From a virus: 36,647 nt of DNA. Where the stretch lies: the IMG/VR virus record IMGVR_UViG_3300034196_000067, positions 172,796 to 209,442 of that record; one strand, 5' to 3'. The translations under genes and the position numbers were made by a program. Of the stretch, positions 8,493-17,603 are shown piece after piece (position 1 is the first letter of the stretch; each line of letters begins with the position of its first letter). Below the pieces are notes generated by a model. It did not search any database. It was not told where the DNA came from and worked only from the letters and a program-made list of their open reading frames with translations.

Positions 8493-8873
8493 ATGATCAC
8501 AGATCAAGAAGTGGAGTTCCAGTTCACTGACTACGGAGGCGAAGCCACTCACTTCTTCGGGATTCGCAAGCTGGGGTTTCTCGAAGAAGGCGGCTTCATC
8601 ATCGTCGGGTACCTATCTCCCGCCGGCGCTCTCCGGAACACTCTCTCAACGAGCATCCCCATCAGCTCAACGGAGTACCGACAGAAGAATGCGACACTGA
8701 CCAGGTACATGCGCAACCTGGACACTGCGATCGTCATCGACGACGACTGGGGCCACGCCTACGCCATCGTAGGCTCCAAGGAGTTCATCGATCAGGTAGT
8801 TGAGGACTGCATCAAGCATAAAGTTCCCAAGGATCTATCCCTCCAACGCCTGCACGACTCAGGAGAGCTCTGA
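8493..8873 (+). CDS. hypothetical protein (126 aa), paralogue of the next gene
   Basis: Shares GIRKLGFLEEGGFIIVGY and DDDWGHAYAIVGSKEFIDQVVEDC with GFRKLGFEVSGHFIIEAF and ANDWGRVYTIRALKILIDLLAAEC in the 8875 gene. Confidence 0.6.
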   Translation: MITDQEVEFQFTDYGGEATHFFGIRKLGFLEEGGFIIVGYLSPAGALRNTLSTSIPISSTEYRQKNATLTRYMRNLDTAIVIDDDWGHAYAIVGSKEFIDQVVEDCIKHKVPKDLSLQRLHDSGEL

Positions 8874-8874
8874 A

Positions 8875-9471
8875 ATGAGCATCAAGAACCAAGAGGTGTC
8901 GTTCTATCTCAAGTATCAAGAGTGGTTCCATGACAAGCTTCAAGATGTCACCCAACACCTCGTCGGGTTCCGCAAACTAGGATTCGAGGTATCAGGCCAC
9001 TTCATCATCGAGGCTTTCACAGTTCCGCCGTCCGAGCGAAGTGCGGGGTATGGTAACTACTACCATGACGTGGCGATCAGCGAACCGCTCTATCGACGCC
9101 ACAAGCCGACGGGAACCTACTACGTGAGAGCTTCTGATGTGGAACTCTCCATCGCCAATGACTGGGGCAGGGTCTACACAATCAGAGCCCTGAAGATCCT
9201 CATCGACCTACTGGCGGCGGAGTGTGAGCGATTCGAGATCCCTCAGAAAGCGGAGGTCTCCGTCAGTGTCGGCGACCTTCTCCGGGAGTCGTTCGAGGCT
9301 GCTCGTAAGACCGACAACGTCGTCTCCGTTCGCAGAGCTATGGACCCAAAGGAGCGAGGTCCTGGCATCGTCAAGCTCTTCCCCGAGCCCATGGTGATCA
9401 ACTACGAGGCATGGCTCGACGAGCATGACCTCTTGCCTGATGCCGAGACGCATCTGGTTGGGAAACCATGA
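8875..9471 (+). CDS. hypothetical protein (198 aa), tandem paralogue of 8493-8873
   Basis: ATG 8875 with SD 'aggaga' 8 nt upstream, 1 nt after the previous stop. See the paralogy evidence above. Confidence 0.6.
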   Translation: MSIKNQEVSFYLKYQEWFHDKLQDVTQHLVGFRKLGFEVSGHFIIEAFTVPPSERSAGYGNYYHDVAISEPLYRRHKPTGTYYVRASDVELSIANDWGRVYTIRALKILIDLLAAECERFEIPQKAEVSVSVGDLLRESFEAARKTDNVVSVRRAMDPKERGPGIVKLFPEPMVINYEAWLDEHDLLPDAETHLVGKP

Positions 9472-9923
9472 ACGAGAACGCAAAGAGGCTGATTGAGAAG
9501 TTCCTCTGCCCTGGTTGTGTCTGTGGCATGAACGTGGACTGCGGACACTACAAGCCTGGTGAGGGAGGCGATGAGAAGCCTGGGTTCGAGTGTCTAGGTC
9601 ATGTGCTCGGAACAGTGCTTATGCCAGGCATCGGGAACATCGCTCTCGGGCTGCCGAAGGGTTTCAACCGTCCCGGATACTGCCCCTTATGCAAGAGGTC
9701 GCCCAACCAGATGCCTGTGCGCCTCTGGCCGGCAGGAACACATCCGAAATGGGATGACTTCAACATCCCAGTCTGGGCTCTAGAGAAGGACGGGTTTCTC
9801 TTCGTTCGAACGGCATGTCCGAGAGTGGCGTACTACTTCGTGGATGTGTTCGAAGGAGGCAAGGCGTCGGAGCTCTGCCCTCGCGCCATCGACATGACGT
9901 CTCAGTACGACAGCTACGACTAG
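9468..9923 (+). CDS. Cys-rich hypothetical protein (151 aa)
   Basis: ATGA overlap with the previous gene. Contains CPGCVCG...DCGHY...C...CPLC. Confidence 0.6.
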   Translation: MNENAKRLIEKFLCPGCVCGMNVDCGHYKPGEGGDEKPGFECLGHVLGTVLMPGIGNIALGLPKGFNRPGYCPLCKRSPNQMPVRLWPAGTHPKWDDFNIPVWALEKDGFLFVRTACPRVAYYFVDVFEGGKASELCPRAIDMTSQYDSYD

Positions 9924-9999
9924 AGCAAGAGTGATGTCTCTTCTGACATAAGATACTGGCAGTAAAAGCTGTTCGAACTCTTACGCAAGGAGAGACACC

Positions 10000-10284
10000 A
10001 TGTGCTTAGAGACGCAGGAGAAGCCGAGCCCGGAGAAGGTCGCCGACGCGGCTTTGCGGTTGATCACCACCAACAAGTCGCAGCAGCTCAGCAGCCTCGC
10101 CCAGGCCGCCAAGCGGGAGAGTGAGTCGTGCTTCGACTCCGCTCTCAACGGCATCACGATGATGCTGATGAACGGCAACGCCGGGAAGCAGGCGCATGAG
10201 GAGCGCGTGAAGGAGCTCCTCAATGATGGAGCGTACTGCGCTTCCGTCGCCAAGGAGCTCGGGAAGCGGGCGGAGATCGGCTAA
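10000..10284 (+). CDS. hypothetical protein (94 aa)
   Basis: SD 'aaggagag'. Confidence 0.55.
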   Translation: MCLETQEKPSPEKVADAALRLITTNKSQQLSSLAQAAKRESESCFDSALNGITMMLMNGNAGKQAHEERVKELLNDGAYCASVAKELGKRAEIG

Positions 10285-10291
10285 CAACCAG

Positions 10292-10320
10292 TTGGAGATC
10301 TGAGAGCCGATGGTAGTATC
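10292..10320 (+). promoter_or_regulatory. candidate sigma70-like promoter (TTGGAG -16 bp- TGgTAGTAT) upstream of the lipoprotein gene
   Basis: Hexamers and an extended -10 seen directly. The 12-mer GGTAGTATCGCT recurs at ~17655. Confidence 0.3.
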
Positions 10321-10380
10321 GCTGTCTTCGAGGGGCGCGCATTCGTTCACGCGCACAACCAACTCAGTGAGGTAACCTAC

Positions 10381-11379
10381 ATGAAGTACAGTTTTGCGAT
10401 GTTCACGATGCTCGTTGCTTCTCTCTTCTTCACCGCCTGCGGTCCTCAGAGCAGTGCTGGTGGGATGCACGTCAACATCTCCTCCAACGCGCTCAGCACC
10501 GCAGACGTGACGTCGGTCGTCATCAACTACAACCAGACGAGCGGGGGCAGCTACGGCACGGTCACCGTGACGCCTTCGGAAGGGGCGTTCACGGCCATCG
10601 TCTCGCCTCTGCCCGCCGGCACCTACAGCATCACGGCCAACGCCAAGAACGCGAGCAACTCCGTCGTCTACACCGGAACGACCTCCGCCGTCGTCACCAC
10701 AGGAGCCACCACCCTCGTCGCGATGATGCTGCAACAATCCGCCAGCTCGATCAACAACGAGACGTATGCCCCTTCCATCAGCGCGGTCACGTTCAACCCC
10801 ATGAACCCGGTGCCGAATCAGCCGGTCACGGCCAGCGTCAGCGCCTCGGGAGGTCTCGCAGGTCCTCTCACCTACCTCTGGAGTGCGACCTGCGCAGGCT
10901 CTACCAACATCACGTTCTCGAACGCCACATCGTACTCGACCACCATCACCTCGGATTGCACTACCTCGATGGTGGTGAGTGTCTCCGTGAGCAACACAGG
11001 CTACACAGCATCGGTGTCGACTACGCTCTCGTACTCGGTGCAGGGGGCGCAGATCGCGATCACGTTCAACACCTACCCGGTGATCGTGAACTATACGACC
11101 AACGACGGACAGATCGCACCGGGGCAGTCGACGGCCTTTGCGGTGGTGGCGAACGACCCGGACGGTGATCCACTCACCTACGCCTGGACGCTTCCTACGA
11201 CCGGTACGTATGCGTGCTCGGGCGCGGTCCTCACGAACGCCAACAGTGCAAACCCCTCCCTCACTGCGCCGGCGGAGCTGCCGAGTAACGGCAGGTGCGA
11301 GGTGGATCTCGTGGTCACCGACGGCCGAGGAGGTAGAGCGACCGGCCTCGTGACCTTCACGGTCGCCAACCTGAACTAG
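10381..11379 (+). CDS. secreted lipoprotein with two PKD/Ig-like repeat domains (332 aa)
   Basis: Signal peptide plus lipobox (MKYSFAMFTMLVASLFFTAC). Ser/Thr-rich beta-type composition. Two ~95-aa repeats each carry an LTYxW motif; the second has the canonical ANDPDGDPLTYAWTL. Confidence 0.75.
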   Translation: MKYSFAMFTMLVASLFFTACGPQSSAGGMHVNISSNALSTADVTSVVINYNQTSGGSYGTVTVTPSEGAFTAIVSPLPAGTYSITANAKNASNSVVYTGTTSAVVTTGATTLVAMMLQQSASSINNETYAPSISAVTFNPMNPVPNQPVTASVSASGGLAGPLTYLWSATCAGSTNITFSNATSYSTTITSDCTTSMVVSVSVSNTGYTASVSTTLSYSVQGAQIAITFNTYPVIVNYTTNDGQIAPGQSTAFAVVANDPDGDPLTYAWTLPTTGTYACSGAVLTNANSANPSLTAPAELPSNGRCEVDLVVTDGRGGRATGLVTFTVANLN

Positions 11380-11403
11380 ATACACAACTCCAGGCATTGC
11401 GGA

Positions 11404-11442
11404 GAGGAGCCCAGCAGTACGGGCTCCTCTTTTTAGCTTTTC
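11404..11442 (+). terminator. intrinsic terminator GAGGAGCCC-agcagtac-GGGCTCCTC + TTTTTAGCTTTTC
   Basis: Perfect 9-bp stem plus T-tract. Confidence 0.7.
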
Positions 11443-11528
11443 ACCGTCCGAGAAAGTCTCAAGGCCGCATCGATATAAGAGTTGAGAGCAGCAACTCACT
11501 TCCTTCTACCAGAGAATCTGGAGCTCGC

Positions 11529-11936
11529 GTGCCAAGCAAGAAAGAGATCAACGCTGTAAAGAAGAAGGTCGAAGAGGTCTTGGGTAGGTTCACTCCTCTT
11601 TCCGATCTCAGTGGTGAACCCAGTGATCCGGTGAAGGTCTTCTTCTACGACCTACGTCCATCCCACATCATTCTTCGCTTCCCCTACGCCTGGACGTCTT
11701 CCCATCCAGATCTCGAACATGGCTTCTATGGAGTCCACGCAGGCTACAACGTTTATCTGAGTGATGCCCTCAGAGATGCGGTCGTTGCGAGGCTCATCAC
11801 GTCAGAAGAGAGCTCCATCTTCCAAGAGTATATCGATCAGAAGTACATGCAATCTGAGAGGTTGAGGAAGGCCGAAGAGCTCAAGACCAAGGCAGAGTCT
11901 TTGGGCTACGAACTCGTTCCCAAGAAGAGGAAATGA
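11529..11936 (+). CDS. hypothetical protein (135 aa), GTG start
   Basis: The upstream part of the track ORF spans the terminator, so an in-frame GTG with 'ctggag' SD is chosen. Confidence 0.5.
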   Translation: MPSKKEINAVKKKVEEVLGRFTPLSDLSGEPSDPVKVFFYDLRPSHIILRFPYAWTSSHPDLEHGFYGVHAGYNVYLSDALRDAVVARLITSEESSIFQEYIDQKYMQSERLRKAEELKTKAESLGYELVPKKRK

Positions 11937-11937
11937 T

Positions 11938-12621
11938 ATGGCAGCATTTGTTGTGATCGTCAGCGTGCTGGTTCTTCTTTCAGGATTCTACGTGTTCCTA
12001 GCAAAAGGAGCCTTCCGGGCGGAGTTAGGGCGATGTGAGAGTAAAGACTTGCCTGGGGGTTGGAAGCTGAAGAAGACGAAGGTCGAGCAGTACCAGTTCA
12101 ACGGCCCGAATGCAGGACTATGGGCCATCATCACTCTCGACCCTCGTGGCATCTTCCAGGCCGTATCCGATCTAGGCAACTACAGCTATGAGGGGTGGGG
12201 CGGGCATGGACAGGCCTCGTTCAAGCACTTCCTCGTGCGACTCGATGAGGCGGGCTACTTCCTGGAGAAGATGTGCGGAGTCGATCGATGGATCTTCTCT
12301 CATAAACAGACGTTCAAGTACGTGAGAGAGCGTATCTGCGAGAAGCGTCGAGATGGATCCATCGACAAAACGACCGCACGAGAGTGTTGGGATGAGTTGA
12401 AGGCTATCGGGCATCCGATGGACTCACACGACTACGTTGATGGAGTCACTCAGTACTCCCCAACGCTCTATCTCCACATCTTTCAAGAAGACCCTTTCAA
12501 CGTGGCAGACAGTTGCAGCAAAGAGCTTGCCCCAATGCCGCTCCGCTTCTTCAAGGAGATCTTCAGAGAGCAACTGGTTCCAGTGCTTCGAGAGGAGCTT
12601 GGAAAGGAGATATCTTCATGA
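11938..12621 (+). CDS. membrane-anchored hypothetical protein (227 aa)
   Basis: N-terminal TM helix AAFVVIVSVLVLLSGFYVFLA. Starts 2 nt after the previous stop. Confidence 0.65.
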   Translation: MAAFVVIVSVLVLLSGFYVFLAKGAFRAELGRCESKDLPGGWKLKKTKVEQYQFNGPNAGLWAIITLDPRGIFQAVSDLGNYSYEGWGGHGQASFKHFLVRLDEAGYFLEKMCGVDRWIFSHKQTFKYVRERICEKRRDGSIDKTTARECWDELKAIGHPMDSHDYVDGVTQYSPTLYLHIFQEDPFNVADSCSKELAPMPLRFFKEIFREQLVPVLREELGKEISS

Positions 12622-12920
12622 ACGCTGTTCTTGCTTGGTTCCTCACGTCCTTCCTTCTGATCCACATCTTCCTGGCCATCACGTTCGTCAGCGCTCGAAG
12701 GCCGATGCTCCTAGGGTTTCCCGTCCTAGGCATCACGCTTGTCTTTGTGAGTGGCAGCTACCTCAAGGCGAACATAAGCTGGGAGCATCCTGGAGAGAGC
12801 GCTCTGACTCTCTTCGTCGTGACGCTCTTGCACATCGGTGTAGCTATCCTCGCCGCCCTCACTTCTAAGCAGATGAAAGACGGAACTGAGGGCAAGGAGC
12901 AAACTGGGAGGAAGGATTAA
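12618..12920 (+). CDS. small integral membrane protein (100 aa, ~3 TM)
   Basis: ATG 12618 with SD 'ggaaaggag' and ATGA overlap. Hydrophobic segments AWFLTSFLLIHIFLAITFV, LLGFPVLGITLVFV, LFVVTLLHIGVAILAAL. Confidence 0.65.
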   Translation: MNAVLAWFLTSFLLIHIFLAITFVSARRPMLLGFPVLGITLVFVSGSYLKANISWEHPGESALTLFVVTLLHIGVAILAALTSKQMKDGTEGKEQTGRKD

Positions 12921-13375
12921 TGGGGAGAGGGAAGCCGTACTTCGAAGATGATCCTTTCCTGAAGTGGGTTTCTCAACATCAGGCAGAGCTTGAGACCGCT
13001 CTGCCTGGGAAGCGGATCGCCGTCGGTCCCCTATTCGTGGATGGCACAACGGGTGTGGTGGCTTCAGCGGACACCTACGCCGAGTTGTACGAGAAGGTCA
13101 AGAAGCTAGGGATGCTGGAATCGACCCTGATCGCGAAAGTCCGAGATCCTCGTTCTCTCAAGATGCGGACGGTGGCAGAGCGCCTAGCTCTCATCCCCGC
13201 AGAAGAGAAGGAGAGGCTGAGCAACTTGGCGACTCTCATCATCCATCAAGCGCACAACGAGGACGTGGAGGCTGCCAAGCGTGTCATCCTCAGAATCCTC
13301 CAAGGCACCTTCCTCGCAGGGCGTGAAGGGGAATGGTTCATCGATCCACAGAAGAATGGAGAAGATCCACTGTGA
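12920..13375 (+). CDS. hypothetical protein (151 aa)
   Basis: SD 'ggaggaagg'. ATG overlaps the previous TAA. Confidence 0.65.
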   Translation: MGRGKPYFEDDPFLKWVSQHQAELETALPGKRIAVGPLFVDGTTGVVASADTYAELYEKVKKLGMLESTLIAKVRDPRSLKMRTVAERLALIPAEEKERLSNLATLIIHQAHNEDVEAAKRVILRILQGTFLAGREGEWFIDPQKNGEDPL

Positions 13376-13677
13376 AGAGAAAGCCAAAGGAGTGGGGAGC
13401 AGAAGCCCTTGGGGATCTCATCCTCAAGAAGGTTCGTAACAAAGAGATGCGGGCTAACCTAGCAATCGCAGCAGTTCGCCTGGCAGAGGAAGAGGAGCGT
13501 GAGGTCATCATAGCCTTCCACAACATGGGCTACGCGATGGCACGTGGAGATGCGCAAGCTCACTCCTCTCCCTCGTACAAGGAGCACGTCAATACGATGG
13601 TGGACAGGGCAGCGTTCTACCGCGAGCTCTCCGAGTATATCTGGGACAGGAAGGCCTCACGTAAGAAGGGAGAATGA
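13372..13677 (+). CDS. hypothetical protein (~101 aa), GTG start
   Basis: GTGA overlap with the previous stop. The track ATG at 13333 would overlap by 43 nt. Confidence 0.45.
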   Translation: MKRKPKEWGAEALGDLILKKVRNKEMRANLAIAAVRLAEEEEREVIIAFHNMGYAMARGDAQAHSSPSYKEHVNTMVDRAAFYRELSEYIWDRKASRKKGE

Positions 13678-14120
13678 TCATGCTACTCACCGCGCAGAAT
13701 GTTCATAACACCGTCATCGACTGTCTCTTCGAGGAGGATACGCCGGAGAACCGCGCACGATCGGTCATCGTCGAGGGCATCCTCTACAACTTCGGCTTCG
13801 ATCCAACGAAGCTGGAGAAGCACAAGGAGGATATCGCAGACATGCTCAGGCAGTTGCCTCCGACCTTCAAGCAAGAGGTTGGAGGAGGGTGGAGCTTCCT
13901 CAATGCCTGCATCCGCGCAGTCGACGGAGTTCAGTGGGGAGAGCATCGAGACATGGATGCCCTCTTCTCCCTCGGTATGGCTGTGGGGCTCGTGAAGAGT
14001 TGTTTGCCGAGGGAGCAGTGGTCCCAGCTCCCCAACGGCATGCCGTACTACGTGATCTTGGAGAGCCCCAAGAAGGAGGAAGCATGCGCGCATTCTACTT
14101 CGGATGCTTCGGCGAGCTAG
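13674..14120 (+). CDS. hypothetical protein (148 aa)
   Basis: SD 'aagggagaa'; ATGA overlap. Confidence 0.65.
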   Translation: MIMLLTAQNVHNTVIDCLFEEDTPENRARSVIVEGILYNFGFDPTKLEKHKEDIADMLRQLPPTFKQEVGGGWSFLNACIRAVDGVQWGEHRDMDALFSLGMAVGLVKSCLPREQWSQLPNGMPYYVILESPKKEEACAHSTSDASAS

Positions 14121-14461
14121 GCCACTACTGGTGGAGTACTTCTCTTCGAGAGAAGATCTTCGACACCCCGCAGGAGCTGGGTAGAGGGCTCGCCATTGAT
14201 GGGATCTATGCACCCTTCGGGAGAGAGATCGAAGGCTCTGCGCAGATCGTCTACATGCGGCCCCCGAACCAGCACAAGGCCTGGACCATCATCGCCTTCT
14301 GGGACCGGTCCGTAGACAAGAGATCTGGATCCAACAGCGCCTTCGTACTCGAAGGCGTCTATCCCTTCGAGGACGCACTTCACATCGCGAAGGGGCAGTT
14401 CCCTGACGTCTTCAAGCGCTTCACGTTCCCCATCACTCGATGGGAGCCACCCGCTGTATGA
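14084..14461 (+). CDS. hypothetical protein (125 aa)
   Basis: ATG 14084 with strong SD 'aaggaggaagc'. Confidence 0.55.
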   Translation: MRAFYFGCFGELGHYWWSTSLREKIFDTPQELGRGLAIDGIYAPFGREIEGSAQIVYMRPPNQHKAWTIIAFWDRSVDKRSGSNSAFVLEGVYPFEDALHIAKGQFPDVFKRFTFPITRWEPPAV

Positions 14462-14472
14462 AAGGAACACAG

Positions 14473-14727
14473 ATGCCCAAGAAGCCGAATCAAGCTGCGC
14501 CGAAGAAGTCGAAGAGCGTCACTCTGAAGGAGCTGCGGGTCTCTCTCGGGAGGACCGTCAAGGAGGTGGAGAAGGATACCTTCGCCGTGAGTGGTTGGGT
14601 GAGTGAGGCAGAGAAGCCCAGGGATCATCGCCTCTCCACCATCAAATCCTACATCCAAGCGCTGGGAGGAGAGTTGGAGCTCTTCGTCCGCTTCGGCAAG
14701 AAGAAGCGTCTCCAGCTCGACATCTAG
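14473..14727 (+). CDS. putative XRE-like helix-turn-helix DNA-binding protein (84 aa)
   Basis: Segment VTLKELRVSLGRTVKEVEKDTFAVSGWVSEAEKPRDHRLSTIKSYIQALGGELELFVRF resembles the HTH_XRE pattern (L..L....g.t..e.A......is..E.G.r.P.l.tl..ia.aLg..l.l). This is a pattern match only. Confidence 0.45.
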   Translation: MPKKPNQAAPKKSKSVTLKELRVSLGRTVKEVEKDTFAVSGWVSEAEKPRDHRLSTIKSYIQALGGELELFVRFGKKKRLQLDI

Positions 14728-14735
14728 GAGGCACC

Positions 14736-15038
14736 ATGGAGAACATCATCTCTCACCTGCACAGCAATCCAAAGCTGTTGGTCACAGCCATGGTCACGGT
14801 TTGTGAGACAGCGGCGATGCTATTCATCTTCCTCGTCGTTCGTCCGTCCTGGACCATCGCAGGTCTCTCGTATCTCGGTATCCTGTTGTTGATGGCAGGA
14901 GCCGGGCTCATGAGCGTGCAGATGAAGATCGCTGGATGGGAGACGGCGATCGTCGGCCTTCTTGTCCTTACCTACGTCCGTCATCACATCTTCTCAAAGC
15001 CAGTTCGCAGACCACGTATGCGAGCGGATCGTTCATGA
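14736..15038 (+). CDS. small integral membrane protein (100 aa)
   Basis: SD 'taggagg'. Three hydrophobic helices. Confidence 0.65.
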   Translation: MENIISHLHSNPKLLVTAMVTVCETAAMLFIFLVVRPSWTIAGLSYLGILLLMAGAGLMSVQMKIAGWETAIVGLLVLTYVRHHIFSKPVRRPRMRADRS

Positions 15039-15571
15039 CATCGAATGAACCGAAGCATGCCGTGACGCACATCTTGGCCGAGTGGCGCAAGGAAGTGGAG
15101 AAGGAGCTTCGGGGTTCTGAAGCCGTTTGCACCAACATTTACAACGACCCGAAGGACAGGTCTGTCTATAACGAACGGGCCTGGCGGAGCGCGCGGATTC
15201 TTCGACGCATCGCCGAACTGGAACAGGCTGCGGCAACCACCATCCCCACACAGAGCGTGGGGATGGAAGCGACGTGCCAATGCGGTCGGGTGAAGCAGTC
15301 TACAGAACCAGAGCAAGGATGGAACGCTCAAGGCATCGGTGAGGATCTGCCTGGAGGGTACATGCTGATCCACAACCTCAACGAGGACTGCTACGTCGAG
15401 CCGCCGACCTATGAGACTGGAGAAGGAAGAGCTGAAGCACTGGAAGCAGAACGTTCCACTCGATGCGTTGGCACAGTCTGGACGAACGAGGCACGAGCCT
15501 ACGTCGATGAGATCCTGACTGCTCTTGAGACCGCAGAGGCAGAGGTCCGGCGACTGGGCACGAAGAAGTGA
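15035..15571 (+). CDS. hypothetical protein (178 aa)
   Basis: ATGA overlap with the previous stop. Confidence 0.6.
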   Translation: MTSNEPKHAVTHILAEWRKEVEKELRGSEAVCTNIYNDPKDRSVYNERAWRSARILRRIAELEQAAATTIPTQSVGMEATCQCGRVKQSTEPEQGWNAQGIGEDLPGGYMLIHNLNEDCYVEPPTYETGEGRAEALEAERSTRCVGTVWTNEARAYVDEILTALETAEAEVRRLGTKK

Positions 15572-15576
15572 GATCA

Positions 15577-15603
15577 AAAGGAGAGCTCCGTCTCTCCTTT
15601 TTA
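15577..15603 (+). terminator. intrinsic terminator AAAGGAGAG-ctccgt-CTCTCCTTT + TT
   Basis: Seen directly. Confidence 0.5.
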
Positions 15604-15693
15604 CCTCTTCACTCATTGAGAAAAGAATCTCCACTACAGGGAATAAGAGAACGAGGTCAAGATGACTCTTCTTTCACCTCAACGGGAGACCGA

Positions 15694-16101
15694 ATGAATC
15701 GATTGGAGTTGACCCAGAAGAAGCGAGAGTCGTTGAAGGACCTCGTGCAGAAGGGACACAGCGACAAGAGGGAGATCCAGGAGATCCTCACGAGACGCTT
15801 TGGGAGCCCTCTCTCCGACGGCACGTTCTACAAGACGCTGAAGGAACTGCTCGGGCAGCGTGGAGGGCTGCGGCTCGTCAAGCGGAACCCTGGCCGGTGG
15901 AGTCGAATCCCCAAGGCGGGGGGCGTTGTGGAGACAGCGGTCCCCAAGGAGCTCGCCGAGCTCATCGAGCAAGTCATCCACGCTGCCCAGCGCGTCGGCG
16001 TGGACGTGGTCAACATCGACGCCGACAAGAAGAAGTTCAACATCCATCAGAAGGAGAGAGATGTGGAGATCTCTCTCGATGACGAGAGGCCGGAGGAATG
16101 A
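15694..16101 (+). CDS. hypothetical protein (135 aa)
   Basis: ATG with SD 'aacgggaga' downstream of the terminator. Confidence 0.55.
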   Translation: MNRLELTQKKRESLKDLVQKGHSDKREIQEILTRRFGSPLSDGTFYKTLKELLGQRGGLRLVKRNPGRWSRIPKAGGVVETAVPKELAELIEQVIHAAQRVGVDVVNIDADKKKFNIHQKERDVEISLDDERPEE

Positions 16102-16589
16102 AAGCCAAGATCGGAAGTGGGTTGGGTATTGGTGGCATGAAAAGCCACCTCAGAAGGATCGAGATCGAGGGGATCGCTGGCCAAGTCTCGTATCTCTCGA
16201 AGAACACCATCATCGAAGAGGTGTTCAAGCATCCGAAGAAGTACAGCGCGCTGGCTGCATTGATGAACTCCGTCACCATGGAGAGAGCAGTCAAGACTGC
16301 GCGGATGATGAAGCTCGGAGCGGCGATCCGCCTCATCCGCCAGAAGATCAAGGGAGACCCCGTCCCCGGCCGTAGCTATCCCGTCTTCCTCTCTGTCCCT
16401 CTCGCCCATGGGAAGTGGGGGCTGAAGCCCGCACAGGAGGTGATGGGGAACGAAGACCTGCGGCTCAAGTACTTCGATCGGCTTGCGGTCGCAGAGGTTG
16501 GGGCCAAGAAGCGAAGGAAGCTGTACGTCGAGTACATCAAGATCGCAGGACACATGGCGGGGCCGACGGCGCAGTGGAAGAAGACCTGA
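16098..16589 (+). CDS. hypothetical protein (163 aa)
   Basis: ATGA overlap; SD 'ggaggaATG'. Confidence 0.65.
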   Translation: MKAKIGSGLGIGGMKSHLRRIEIEGIAGQVSYLSKNTIIEEVFKHPKKYSALAALMNSVTMERAVKTARMMKLGAAIRLIRQKIKGDPVPGRSYPVFLSVPLAHGKWGLKPAQEVMGNEDLRLKYFDRLAVAEVGAKKRRKLYVEYIKIAGHMAGPTAQWKKT

Positions 16590-16596
16590 TGCAGAG

Positions 16597-16628
16597 AAAG
16601 ACGAGAGACGTATCCTCTCGTCTTTCTT
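16597..16628 (+). terminator. intrinsic terminator AAAGACGAGAG-acgtatc-CTCTCGTCTTT + CTTAGCTC
   Basis: 11-bp stem seen directly. Confidence 0.6.
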
Positions 16629-16718
16629 AGCTCTCACACACTCTCACATGAAGGGGAGCCTACTACTGGCCCATCAAGACTTTGCATCTCTCAGACACCG
16701 TGTTACCGAGAAGAGGCC

Positions 16719-17603
16719 GTGGCTCTTCTCATCTCTTCTACTGAACTTCCTGAGCATTGGTACAACCGAGTCGCTACCTCGATCGAGCGCCTTCACTGGA
16801 AGGTGACATCGGTGGTGGCTGTATCTTTGGTAGTCGTCGTCGCATCTACCGACGCGGCTATCGATCGGCTTGCCGGCTCCGACATCAACCTCGTCTTGCT
16901 GTACCTCGTGCCTGTAGCCTTTGGCGCCTGGACAGGAAGAGCACGAATGGGCTGGGTCATCTCAACACTCAGCGCTCTCAGCGCCGTAGGTCCACACCTC
17001 ATATCCTCTCCAGAGCAATCTCTCGCGCTCAGCCTGAACATGGGCGTCGATATGCTCGTCTTCCTCTCCATCAGCTACGTGCTACCAGGCCTACGCAGCC
17101 TCCTAGAACACGAGAAACTGGTCTCTCGCACAGATCATCTCACAGGGGTTGCTAACTCCAGAGCGCTTCGAGAGAGGGCTTTGCGAGAGATACTGCGAGC
17201 ACGCAAGCACGGGTACGAGCTGTCGGTTGCGTATCTAGACGTAGACGATTTCAAAGCCATCAACGATAAGCACGGGCATGCAGGAGGCGATCGCATCCTC
17301 AAGCTCATCAGCTCTATCACTCGACAAGCTCTACGCTCCACAGACATGGTTGCGAGAGTAGGAGGAGATGAGTTCGCTCTACTCCTACCAAACACAGGAG
17401 CTGCGGCTGCGAAGCGCGTCGTGGAGAGAGTCCGTTCTGAGGTGTATCGAGCATCCCAGGCCGCTGGGGTAGAGGTGACGCTAAGCATCGGAGTGAAGAC
17501 CTTTGCTGATATCCCATTGAGCGTAGAAGAACTCGTCGAGTCCGTGGATCTTCTCATGTACTCCGTGAAGAGAGACCGGAAGGACGACGTCGTCTACGCC
17601 TGA
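16719..17603 (+). CDS. membrane-anchored GGDEF-domain diguanylate cyclase (294 aa), GTG start
   Basis: The N-terminal ~120 aa carries 3-4 hydrophobic helices. The C-terminal domain has the signature RTDHLTGVANSRAL...YLDVDDFKAINDKHGHAGGDRILK...RVGGDEFALLLP. The active-site motif reads GGDEF (intact). Confidence 0.85.
   Translation: MALLISSTELPEHWYNRVATSIERLHWKVTSVVAVSLVVVVASTDAAIDRLAGSDINLVLLYLVPVAFGAWTGRARMGWVISTLSALSAVGPHLISSPEQSLALSLNMGVDMLVFLSISYVLPGLRSLLEHEKLVSRTDHLTGVANSRALRERALREILRARKHGYELSVAYLDVDDFKAINDKHGHAGGDRILKLISSITRQALRSTDMVARVGGDEFALLLPNTGAAAAKRVVERVRSEVYRASQAAGVEVTLSIGVKTFADIPLSVEELVESVDLLMYSVKRDRKDDVVYA

Noticed and set aside
10006-11499. 497-aa minus-strand ORF
   Set aside because: It is Arg/Gly/His-rich low-complexity antisense of the lipoprotein gene, which has a signal peptide and SD on the plus strand. 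This is a typical high-GC antisense artefact.
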